From positions 1 to 23,701 of the forward strand of contig CAXHJY010001597.1 of NCBI GenBank assembly GCA_964016885.1: a stretch of DNA of 23,701 bases, written 5' to 3'. Numbering within the stretch: position 1 is the first letter of the stretch; each line of letters begins with the position of its first letter. The position numbers and the translations under genes were made by a program. This DNA is from Eledone cirrhosa. Taxonomy: Eukaryota. The notes below the pieces were generated by a model. That model was not told the DNA's origin. It ran no database searches and saw only the letters and a program-made list of their open reading frames with translations. This document shows, piece after piece, positions 1 to 10,347 of this stretch.

Positions 1-358
1 CACATATATATACACATATATATACATATATATATATACACATATATATACACATATATATACATATATATATATACATATATATATATACATATATATA
101 TATACATATATATATATACATTATATATATTACAATATATATACACATATATATATATACATATATATACATATATATATACATATATATATATACATAT
201 ACATATATATATACATATATATACATATATATATACATATATATATACATATATATATACATATACATATATATATACATATATACATACATATATATAT
301 ACATATATACATACATATATATATACATATATACATACATATATATATACATATATAC

Positions 359-393
<35 letters not shown>

Positions 394-410
394 CATATAT
401 ATATACATAT
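1..410. repeat. (TA)n microsatellite with TACA interruptions
   Basis: Directly visible TA/CATA array running to the window start. Confidence 0.97.
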
Positions 411-2209
411 CCCAAAGTGTTCTTTTCATTTGCAAAAAACACAAAATCACTGGCTCTACTGTTGGCCCTCTAATTGATGAAAATGGCACTCTTCAAGACA
501 ATGCTAAAACCATGGGTGAGATACTGCAGAAACAATACTGCTCTGTTTTCAGCAATCCTGATATGGCCGATCTGGGCTGTATCGGCGATGTTACTCCCAT
601 TACACCTTATCGGACATAACGTTTGGCGCCCTGATGTCTTGGCGGCAATAAAGGAAATCAAGCATAATTCAGCAGTAGGTCCCGATAGGTTCCCTGCTTG
701 TGTCTTGAAGGCGTGTCAACACCAACTTGCATCTCCTCTTGCCAATCTGTGGCGGAACTCACTGGATGCTGGATATGTGCCAGAAAACCTTCTATCCCAG
801 TCTGTTGTCCCAGTTTTCAAAAGGGAAACAAATCCCTTGCCGTGAATTACCGTCCAATCTCACTCACCTCTCATATTATTATGGTATTTGAGCGAGTGGT
901 GAGATCGCGAATGACCCACTTCCTTGAGAGTAACAATATGCTGAACTCCAACCAGCATGGATTCCGTAATGGAAGGGATTGCCTGACGCAGCTACTGCAT
1001 CACTTTGATGACATTTTGAGAGCCTTGGGAGAGGGTTCCAACACTGATGTTATCTACCTTGATTTCAGCAAGGCCTTTGACAGGGTTGATCATAACATTC
1101 TACTGAGAAAGCTGTCCAATATTGGTGTCACTGGAAAGCTGCTGCAGTGGATCAAGAGCTTCCTGTCAAACAGAACCCAACATGTTGTAGTTGAGGGAGT
1201 CAAATCAAGCCCAGCCAAAGTCAGTAGTGGGGTCCCACAAGGCACTGTGTTGGGCCCACTTCTCTTCATCATCTATATTAATGACATCACTGACATCATC
1301 AAACACAGCAACATTAAAATTTTCGCTGATGATTCCAAGCTCCAAAAGGTCATCAATGGCGTGGATGACCGGATAAGCCTTCAGTCAGACCTACTGGCTG
1401 TTACCCAATGGGCAGAAAAGAACAACATGTTACTGAACGAAGACAAATTCGAACTGATCCACTTTGGAAAAGAGGATGCTCTGAAACTCCCGTACTCCCT
1501 TCCCTCCGGGGAAACTCTCGTGGCATCTAACAACATCAGAGACTTGGGAGTAACCGTGGACAGCAACATAAGCTGGACCACGCATATAAGCACCAAAGTT
1601 GACATGGCCCGCAGAATGTGTTCCTGGATCCTCAGAACCTTCCAGTCGAGAGATTCCCGCACCATTATCCTTCTCTTCTCTACTTTCGCCCGACTACACC
1701 TTGAATACTGTTGTCCACTGTGGTCTCCCCACACGAAACAAAGTATCATGAAACTTGAAGCTCCTCAAAGGGCAATCACGAAAAAGATAGATGGCATGTC
1801 AGACCTTGACTACTGGGGTCGATTAGAAAACCTGAAACTTTACTCACTCCAACGTCGCCGTGAGCGTTATATTATCTGCATGATGTGGAAAATGTTCCAT
1901 CATCACTGCCCAAATGATGTTGGCATCGCCTTCAAGATACACCCAAGGCTTGGGCCCCGTGCTATCCGTCCCATTCAAAAATCTAAATCGCAACTCATAA
2001 CAACAATACGGCACAATTATTTCACCTCAATCGGCCCTGCTCTCTTCAACATCACACCAGGACACGTCAAAACAGAAACTGACCACACAAAATTCAAGAA
2101 GTCTTTGGACAAATTCCTCCAAGTAATCCCGGACAAACCACCCACACCCGGATATGTCTCCGCAAACAGTAATTCTCTTCTCGAATGGGCCATGGTGCCC
2201 AAATCCTGA
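411..2209 (+). pseudogene. CR1-group ORF2 reverse transcriptase, partial. Frameshifts near 435, 605, 628 and 820; open from about 820 to 2209
   Basis: ORFs 474..845 and 698..2209 carry consecutive parts of one RT protein. No endonuclease domain is present (truncated). Confidence 0.85.
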
Positions 2210-2296
2210 ATTGAAAGACTTCGCCAGGTGGTGCTATTAAGTTAGACATGGCCTGGGCCAATACTGGCCAAAACATTTCAAAGTTATTCAAAGTTA
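411..2296 (+). mobile_element. 5'-truncated CR1-group LINE (RT, 3' UTR, tandem tail) inserted in (TA)n
   Basis: Across frames it reads [100 protein letters not shown]. Stop at 2209, then a 3' hairpin and a (TTCAAAGTTA)2 tail at 2277-2296. (TA)n on both sides. Confidence 0.9.
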
Positions 2297-2320
2297 TATA
2301 TATGTATATATATATATGTG

Positions 2321-2360
<40 letters not shown>

Positions 2361-2388
2361 TGTGTATATATATATATATATATATGTG

Positions 2389-2444
<56 letters not shown>

Positions 2445-2447
2445 TAT
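2297..2447. repeat. (TA)n microsatellite with TGTA interruptions
   Basis: Directly visible. Confidence 0.95.
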
Positions 2448-2489
2448 AACTTTTTTTATATATATAACTTTTTTTTTATATATTTTTTT

Positions 2490-2660
2490 ATATATTTTTA
2501 TATATTTTTATATGTAAATTTTTATATGTAAATTTTTATATGTATATTTTTATATGTTGAATTTTTATATGTAAATTTTTAATACGTAATATTTTTTAAT
2601 ACGTAGTATTTTTAATATGCAATATTTTTATTATGTAATATTCTTTCGTAATATTTTTTT
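2490..2660. repeat. Degenerate 15-16 bp minisatellite (TTTTTATATGTAAAT-like)
   Basis: Repeated tttttatatgtaaat / ttttaatacgtaata units. Confidence 0.75.
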
Positions 2661-3135
2661 AGTTTTCTATTCTATATTTTTATATATTTTTACTTATTAT
2701 TATTATTGTTATCTTTGTTTATAATATAATATATATTTTCGATTAGTATATTGAAATCTGCTATCTATTTCTGCTTGATAGATAATCTTGTAGAGTAATC
2801 GCAAGAATAATAATACGCTCAAATTTTTATACCACATTGAGAATGTTTTCCGATAACTTAGAGTTTGCGGAGTGAATCAGTTGGATTCACATTGAGATTT
2901 GTAGCTGTCACATAGACATATGAATTTTTAAAACTAAACATAAGATAATGAATTTTCACACATTGTGAATACTTGTTTCATTCAGGAATACTGATATTTA
3001 CAGTATAGTGTAAGTTTTATAAATACTAATACATTAAAACATAGGGTTTTCTACGCCTCGAATATGTCTGGCTATTTTTAAATTTTTTCTCTCTCTATAT
3101 CTCTCTATATATCTCCCTTACATTAATAATTGAGC

Positions 3136-3174
<39 letters not shown>

Positions 3175-3176
3175 AT
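3136..3176. repeat. (TAAA)n microsatellite
   Basis: About 10 perfect TAAA units. Confidence 0.95.
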
Positions 3177-3478
3177 GTATCATTGATACACTTACTCAAA
3201 ATGACCTCCCACTACCTAATTTTCTATATATATATATGTATCTATCTCTATTTCCTCTCTCTCTATATATATATATATCTTTCTGTCTCTTTACATGAAG
3301 CTCTTCGCTTTATGTATTTTTCCATCTCTCTATTTTGTTCCATGCATTTCTTCTTTTTCTTTTTCTTCCTTTTCTTCGTTTTGTCTTTCTTTCTTTCGTT
3401 TTTCCCTCTTTTCTTTCTCTCTTTCTTTCTCTCTGTATTTTCACTGCTAGCGAAAATACAGAGAGATGTTGATGTTTA

Positions 3479-3617
3479 TTACGGTATGTCGAATATATTT
3501 ATCTATAAAACTGTTTATTTATCTATAAAACTGTTTATTTATCTATAAAACTGTTTATTTATCTATAAAACTGTTAATTACGGTATGTCGAATATATTTA
3601 TCTATAAAACTGTTTAT
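3479..3617. repeat. 20-bp minisatellite (TATTTATCTATAAAACTGTT) with a higher-order duplication
   Basis: Four tandem units plus a fifth. TTACGGTATGTCGAATA precedes both the first and the fifth unit. Confidence 0.9.
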
Positions 3618-3692
3618 ATTGTATTTTGTCTGATGAAGGCATAGCATATTGTTAATATGATATCCCCGAAATATATATAATGAAATAAATAT
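3617..3692 (+). ncRNA. Type I hammerhead ribozyme (PLE-type, palindromic stem III)
   Basis: CTGATGA at 3630-3636. Stem II GG-c-ATA-g-CATATT/AATATG-a-TAT-CC. GAAA at 3668-3671. Palindromic ATATATAT stem III, AUA triplet (cut after 3679). Stem I tattgtattttgt/atgaaataaata with G-U pairs. Confidence 0.75.
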
Positions 3693-3788
3693 GGTTTTAT
3701 AAATATAGTTTTCCATTTATTTAATATTGTAAATATACTCCAAATATTTGTCGAGTGCTTTTATATCAGTTATAAATATTTACTAGTT

Positions 3789-3956
<168 letters not shown>

Positions 3957-3958
<2 letters not shown>

Positions 3959-4118
3959 GAGTGTTGTGAGTGTATATATATATATGTGTATGCGTGTGTA
4001 TATGTATATGTGTATATATATGTATGTATATATATATATATATATATGTGTATATGTGTGTATGTATATATATATATATGTATATATGTATGTATGCGTA
4101 TATGTGTATAAGTGTGTA

Positions 4119-4152
<34 letters not shown>

Positions 4153-4572
4153 TATGTGTTTATGTATGTATGTGTCTATGTATTTATATGTGTATATGTA
4201 TGTGTCTCTATATGTATGCGTCTGTGTATGTGTATGTGTATTTATATGGTATGTGTATGTATATGTATGTATATGTATGTGTTTATATATATGTGTATGT
4301 ATATGTTTGTATATGTATGTGTGTGTATGCGTATGTATTTATTTATATGTCTATATGTATGTATATCGATGTATACTTTATATTTTGCTTGTTTGTATAT
4401 ATATATATATGTGTGTGTATGTATATGTGCGTGTATATATATATGTGTGTGTATATATGTGTGTGTGTATATATGTGTATATATGTGTGTATATATATAT
4501 GTATGTGTGTATATATGTGTATATATATATGTATATGTTTATATATGTGTGTGTGTGTGTGTTGTATGTGTA

Positions 4573-4610
<38 letters not shown>

Positions 4611-5429
4611 CTTGATATATTTCTTTTTTCTTTTTTCTTTTCTTTTTCTTTTCTTTTCTTTTTATTTCTAAGTTTATAGATACATCTATAAATAAGCAGT
4701 CTGCCGAAACCGTTGAATACTGACCTCTCACCCCCCTCCCACCTAATTTCTGTATCTTGATCTAAATGTGTGTGGCAGTGTTTATGTGCGTACATTAGTG
4801 TCCATATGCTTATGATAGTACTATATGCACATATATATGTATGTGTGTATGTATGTTCGTAATTATGTGTAGGTTTATGCATATACGCGCGTGTGTGTGT
4901 GAGTGTACGGATATGTGTGAGTATGTGAATGTGTGTATACATTTATTTCATATTTATGTGTCTATACGCATTTTATCTGTGGATTATAAACTTACAGAGA
5001 CATTAGCCTTGAATTTTTGTATTTGCATACATCTTTTTGGCATGCGTATGCATGTGAGCATATATCTTTGTATAAATATGTGTACGAGGTTAATTACATG
5101 TATATACACACACCAAACTGCATAAAATTTTTTGTATTTTCATTGGTCAATTTGAACTCCGTTCCCAAACGGACCTGAAATTTTGAATTGTTGTTATTAT
5201 CAATAAATATATTTCATTATTTCTGAAGACGGCATATATGTGTGTTTGGTATGTATATTTAATCTTGATAGTTTGTATAATTTTGTATAATTTTGTACAT
5301 AGATCTGTTGAATATGCATGCCAATTCTAACACATATATATCCTAGAAACGATCGTTAAATAATGAACTTTTTTTGTTTAATATAAGGACCTGTTTCATT
5401 GTTTTATTCATTATTTTTTAATATTTTAT
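3957..5429 (+). repeat. 5' pseudo-LTR of PLE-A
   Basis: Starts ACGAGTGTTGTGAGTG and ends ATATTTTAT, matching 16004-17198 except for a few substitutions, microsatellite length changes and about 315 extra bp (about 4326-4640). Confidence 0.92.
5213..5367 (+). ncRNA. Type I hammerhead ribozyme with extended stem II (5' pLTR copy)
   Basis: Perfect 10-bp stem I TTCATTATTT (5213-5222)/AAATAATGAA (5358-5367). CTGAAGA at 5223-5229. A 116-nt hairpin forms stem II. GAAA at 5346-5349. Palindromic ACGATCGT stem III, GUU triplet (cut after 5357). Confidence 0.85.
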
Positions 5430-5716
5430 CTTGACTCTGTATTCCGTTTATCTTTCACCGAAAGTGATTTTTCATTGCATCTCTTCTTTCCATGATATCC
5501 GGACTACATTGAGTTCTTCATACGGATTGGACACTACCGTAAACTCTTGGTAGATTTATCTACATAATTTTGCTCCTATTTTCACGGAAATATTCGTATT
5601 TTTGTACTGTATGTGTGTATTAATTTTATATTTATGTATATACATATATATGTATGATTTTGTAAACCCATATACATTTAGTTGAGCTCTTTCAATTGTC
5701 CATCATCCATATCACA

Positions 5717-6480
5717 ATGGAAAAACAATATTTGGGAACCTCTTTAAAGAACATACCAATACCTTCTAAGGATGACTTCTTACTCCTTATGATTCAAAAA
5801 ACTAATAATTTTATCAGAAGGGTTAGATGGAGGGCCTACCACTTCGATAAAAAATCTAAACATGCAGATCGGAAATATATGTATGATTTCAATACTTACA
5901 AGAATCCACCACACAACTCTTTACTTGAAGACTTTGAGAAAGACCTTTTTAATTTAATTAAACACCTCAAATTTAAAAAGTATAAATCCGTCTTTCAAAA
6001 AGGACCTTGATTCTACCCTATTGGACCTAAAAAAGTCTAAAAAAATCCATGTCCACTCGGACAAAACTGGTAACTTGTATCACATGGATATTGAACATTA
6101 TAATGAGTTCATATATAAAGAACTCAGGAAAAATTATAAAAAATCTAATAATGCGTCACTCACCAACATCAACAACAAAACACACAACATAGTAAAAAAA
6201 CTAAACATTGAAGATAGAACTGAACCTTTGGCATTGAAAAGACCACACTTCAACCTGAAGGATCATAAATCAAACTTTAACTCAAATCCTTCTATAAGAC
6301 TTATATGTCCCTCCAAATCAGATATTGGAATAATTAGCAAAAAAATTTTGGATAGAGTCATCCCACAAATAAGAAAACACGTTATTTTACCACTCTGGGA
6401 AAACACCCCCCAGGTAATTAACTGGTTTAAAAATATTAGATGTAAATCTTCTGCTTCATTTCTACAATTTGATATTGATA
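5717..6480 (+). pseudogene. PLE-A ORF, N-terminal part to RT motif A (frameshift near 6000)
   Basis: MEKQYLGTSLKNIPIPS..FIRRVRWRA, then (shifted frame) SDKTGNLY..LKDHKSNF..RLICPSKSDIGIISKKILD..LWENT..FLQFDID, cut by the RTE insertion. Confidence 0.88.
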
Positions 6481-9400
6481 GAGGGTTTCTCTTAGTAGCT
6501 TTTTCATGTCGTTAATATTATGATGTTCCCTGCTGTATTAGCGTTAAATTTTCCCTGCTGTATTAGCGATAAATTTTCGAGGGTTTCTCTTAGTAGCTTT
6601 TTTCATGACGTTATTATTGTTAATTTTACTGATGTAGTATTAACTTGGATATTTACCATGCGACCCTCAGTTCCTACCTCACAATTTCCCTCCCCCCCAC
6701 CCCCACACACCACCATAGTCTATTCGACCAATCAAACCTAGCATGCCATTTCCACTGCTGCTGCTGCTACTACCTGCCTAACTAACTCTCTCTCCTCCTC
6801 TGGCGCATCCCAACACACCCTGCCATTACCCCACCACCACTGTCCTTCTAGCCCTCAATTTTCCCACCATTAGGGATGGATGAGCTGGGAATACACGAGC
6901 AACTCTGAATCAATAGATGAAATATGAATCTGCGAGCTACCAAGCACCCACGTGAAGCGCCAACCCAGAGACCCTCCCCTACGAGTGTCGACAAATGCCC
7001 AAAACTCCGAGTTGGTACCATCAATGTAGGCTCAATGAAAGGAAGAGCAGGAGAAATCGTAGAAATGCTAGAGCGAAAGGAAGTTGATGTATGCTGTGTG
7101 CAAGAGACTAGATGGAGAGGAGGGTCTGCTAGAGCCCTTGTAGGAAAAAGCCAGTGCTACAAATTTTTCTGGGTGGGAAATGACGATGGGATGGGTGGTG
7201 TAGGTATACTATTAGCTGACAAGTGGGTAGATAAAGTAATCTCAGTGTACAGGGTAAATGCAAGAATCATTAAACTCAGACTAGTCCTGAATAAGACAAT
7301 TACCACAATAATATCAGCTTACGCACCCCAATCGGGGCTGCCAGACGAACTTAAGGATAGGTTTTACGAGTCCCTAATACACACTACTGCTCTAACAGAC
7401 GACAAGGACTTCCTAATCATTGCAGGAGATTTTAACGGACACGTAGGTAAACACTGCGACGGCTTCAATAGAGTACATGGAGGCCATGGAGTTGGCACAA
7501 GGAATGAGGAAGGATTCAGACTTCTAGAATTCTGCGACGCCAATGACATGTCGATATGTAACACAAACTTTAAAAAACCCGACAACCACCTGATCACCTA
7601 TAGATCAGGGGAGCACTCTAGTCAGTTAGATTTTATCCTCATCAGAGGACGTGACAGATGGACGGTCGTAAACACAAAAGCCTTCCCTAGTGAGGAATGT
7701 ACATCCCAACATAGCTTAGTTGTCAGCGACCTCACGGTCAGAACTAGACGAGCCCTGAAACAGAGGCCAACCTGGAGAAGAAAGATCTGGAAGCTGAAAG
7801 TCCCCTCAACCAGTAACAGATTTAAAGATATTTTACTCAACGCCTACGACAGTAAAGAAGAACAGATAGAGACATTTAACGTAGAAGAGAACTGGGAGTT
7901 CCTAAAAAATAACTTACTAGAGGCGACGGATGAGGTTTGTGGCTGGAGTAAGACCTCAAGCAGGAGGAGAGTGACTTGGTGGTGGAACAATAAGGTAGAT
8001 GAAGCAGTCAAGGCCAAGAGACAGGCATGGAAAGAATGGAAGAACGGGGGGAGCAGGGTACATTACATAGAGACCAAGAGGGAAGCTAGGCGACAAGTAT
8101 ACTTAGCTAGGAGGGAAGCAGAGGATAGAAAATTCAAGCATGTTTTACAACGTGAGGACCAGAAACAGGAGGTATTCAAGATTGCGAGGCAGTGTGTCAG
8201 AGATAGTTGTGATGTCATTGGAGAGAAGTGTATCCGGAATGATAAAGGTGAGCTTGCCCTCACAAGTGCTGAGAAGAAAGATGCATGGAAGAGTCATTAT
8301 GATAGATTACTAAATGAGGAGAATGCATGGGAAGAAGAGACCCTACCCCACGTAGACCCTATAGAGGGACCAGCAGTACAAGTCAGCGGCAGCGTAGTAA
8401 GTAAGGCAATCAGAGATATGAAGATAGGGAAGGCAACCGGTCCATCGGGTATAGCTGCCGAGATGCTGAAGGCATCTGGGTCTGTAGGTCACACTATAAC
8501 CACACGTATCGTTAACCAGGTAATACTAGAGGGGGCCATACCAAAAGATTGGTGCAGTAGCATCATTGTCAACTGCTACAAAGGTAAAGGCGATGCACTA
8601 GATAGAGGAAACTATAGAGGTATAAAGTTGATGGACCAGGTCATGAAAGTAACAGAAAGAGTTATAGCACAGCTGATTAGGGACCGGGTGAATATAGACG
8701 AGATGCAATTTGGGTTTGTTCCAGGGAAAGGCACCACTGATGCGCTCTTCCTTGTGAGGCAATTACAGGAAAAGTACCTAGCTAAAAGTAAGCCACTCTA
8801 CTTGGCATTTGTCGACCTTGAGAAAGCCTTTGACAGAGTTCCACGTGCAGTAATCTGGTGGGCTCTTAGAAAACTAGGAGTAGATGAATGGCTTGTGAAA
8901 GCGGTACAAGCCATGTATAGGGGAGCAGTCAGCAAAGTTAGGATTGGCAATGAGTATAGCGAGGAATTTAGCGTACAGGTTGGGGTCCACCAGGGCTCTG
9001 TTCTTAGCCCTCTCCTGTTCATCATAGTCCTGCAGGCAATAACGGAGGAGTTTAAGACCGGATGCCCATGGGAACTCCTGTATGCTGATGACCTCGCACT
9101 CATAGCTGAATCTATGGTAGAACTAGAGAATAAATTCCAAACCTGGAAGCAGGGACTAGAGAGAAAGGGCCTCAAAGTCAACATGACAAAGACTAAGGTC
9201 CTTATAAGTAGACGAGAAAACAGAACCCAGATCCCCTCAGGGAAATGGCCTTGCTCAGTATGTAGGAAAGGTGTAGGTAGGAACTCCATTCTTTGCCCCA
9301 AATGCAAACAATGGGTACACAAGAGATGTAGCGGGATCTCAGGAAGCTTAATTAAGAATGTAGGATTCACATGCAGCAGCTGTGCTGAAACAGCAAGCAA

Positions 9401-10347
9401 ACAGCCACAGGAAACAAGTACCACCAATCTCTGGGAGGGCCCTGTAGAAACAGTAGACAGCTTCTGCTACCTAGGTGACCGAATTAGCAACGGAGGTGGG
9501 TGCTCAGAAAGTACAATAACTAGGGTAAGAACGGGATGGAAGAAGTTTAGGGAACTACTACCACTGCTAGCTGCAAAAGGCTTCTCCCTCAGAATGAAAG
9601 GCAGACTGTATGATGCGTGTATCCGAACAGCGATGTTGCATGGTAGTGAGACCTGGGCGCTGAAGGTGGAAGACTTACGTAGATTAGAGAGAAACGAAGC
9701 CTGCATGCTCCGATGGATGTGTAACAGTAATATACGTGAACGACAAAGCATAAATGAATTGAGAGAGAGACTGAGCATAAGAGGAATCAAATGCTGCGTG
9801 CAGGAGAGGCGGTTACGCTGGTATGGACATGTGATGCGTATGAAGGATGACAGCTGCATAAAAAGGTGCAGAGCACTAGAAGTTGATGGAAACCGCGGAG
9901 TGGGGAGACCCAAGATGACTTGGGATGAGGTGATAAAAGCCGACCTTACCCAACTACACCTCTCAAAGTCAATGACACACGACCGTGACTTCTGGCGTCA
10001 CGCAGTAATACAGGGTACCCGACCTCCCATGGGTACATGCTGAAGCATATAAACAATATGCCCCCCCCCCCCCCACCGCAAGGTGGTCGTGGAGGTGCCA
10101 CGGCAAAAAAGCACCCAGCCCACACTGTAAAGTGGACGTGTAGGCGCCACGAAAAAGCACCCAGCACTCACTGTAAATGAGGTTGGTGTTAGGAAGGGCA
10201 TCCAGCTGTAGAAATCAAGCCAGATCAGTTCCTGTATGAGCAAGGCATGGTCAGCCGACCAGACACTGCCCACAACAGGACAACCCGTCTAACCCATGCT
10301 AGCGTGGAAGAACGGACGTAAAACGGTGATGATGATGATGATGATGA
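6481..10347 (+). mobile_element. Apparently full-length RTE-clade LINE (RTE-A) with (GAT)n tail and TGATA target duplication
   Basis: Single APE-RT ORF, structured 3' UTR and (GAT)n tail. TGATA at 6476-6480 and 10348-10352. Removing the insert restores the PLE reading FDIDNYYSSIS. Confidence 0.93.
6924..10043 (+). CDS. RTE ORF: AP endonuclease + reverse transcriptase with an internal PHD-type zinc finger (1039 aa, intact)
   Basis: APE motifs GTINV, CVQETRW, AYAPQ, GDFNGHVG, DFIL, SQH. RT motifs NYRGIKL, QFGF, FVDLEKAFDRV, GVHQGSVLSPLLF, YADD, YLG. RTE C-terminus [18 protein letters not shown]. Confidence 0.95.
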   Translation: MNLRATKHPREAPTQRPSPTSVDKCPKLRVGTINVGSMKGRAGEIVEMLERKEVDVCCVQETRWRGGSARALVGKSQCYKFFWVGNDDGMGGVGILLADKWVDKVISVYRVNARIIKLRLVLNKTITTIISAYAPQSGLPDELKDRFYESLIHTTALTDDKDFLIIAGDFNGHVGKHCDGFNRVHGGHGVGTRNEEGFRLLEFCDANDMSICNTNFKKPDNHLITYRSGEHSSQLDFILIRGRDRWTVVNTKAFPSEECTSQHSLVVSDLTVRTRRALKQRPTWRRKIWKLKVPSTSNRFKDILLNAYDSKEEQIETFNVEENWEFLKNNLLEATDEVCGWSKTSSRRRVTWWWNNKVDEAVKAKRQAWKEWKNGGSRVHYIETKREARRQVYLARREAEDRKFKHVLQREDQKQEVFKIARQCVRDSCDVIGEKCIRNDKGELALTSAEKKDAWKSHYDRLLNEENAWEEETLPHVDPIEGPAVQVSGSVVSKAIRDMKIGKATGPSGIAAEMLKASGSVGHTITTRIVNQVILEGAIPKDWCSSIIVNCYKGKGDALDRGNYRGIKLMDQVMKVTERVIAQLIRDRVNIDEMQFGFVPGKGTTDALFLVRQLQEKYLAKSKPLYLAFVDLEKAFDRVPRAVIWWALRKLGVDEWLVKAVQAMYRGAVSKVRIGNEYSEEFSVQVGVHQGSVLSPLLFIIVLQAITEEFKTGCPWELLYADDLALIAESMVELENKFQTWKQGLERKGLKVNMTKTKVLISRRENRTQIPSGKWPCSVCRKGVGRNSILCPKCKQWVHKRCSGISGSLIKNVGFTCSSCAETASKQPQETSTTNLWEGPVETVDSFCYLGDRISNGGGCSESTITRVRTGWKKFRELLPLLAAKGFSLRMKGRLYDACIRTAMLHGSETWALKVEDLRRLERNEACMLRWMCNSNIRERQSINELRERLSIRGIKCCVQERRLRWYGHVMRMKDDSCIKRCRALEVDGNRGVGRPKMTWDEVIKADLTQLHLSKSMTHDRDFWRHAVIQGTRPPMGTC

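Noticed and set aside
3183-3548. Hydrophobic 121-aa ORF as a membrane protein
   Set aside because: It comes from CT/TA-rich simple sequence, so the Phe/Leu runs are compositional.
3479-3617. CRISPR-like repeat array
   Set aside because: Units are head to tail with no unique spacers, there are no cas genes, and the context is eukaryotic.
6481-6923. HDV-like ribozyme in the RTE 5' UTR, as known for some RTEs
   Set aside because: I could not build the nested double pseudoknot by eye. A descriptor search would be needed to exclude it fully.
7364-10273. Antisense ORFs over the RTE (e.g. 8798..9427, 9467..9913)
   Set aside because: Shadows of the sense ORF with no recognisable motifs. Their recurrence elsewhere only reflects the RTE copies.
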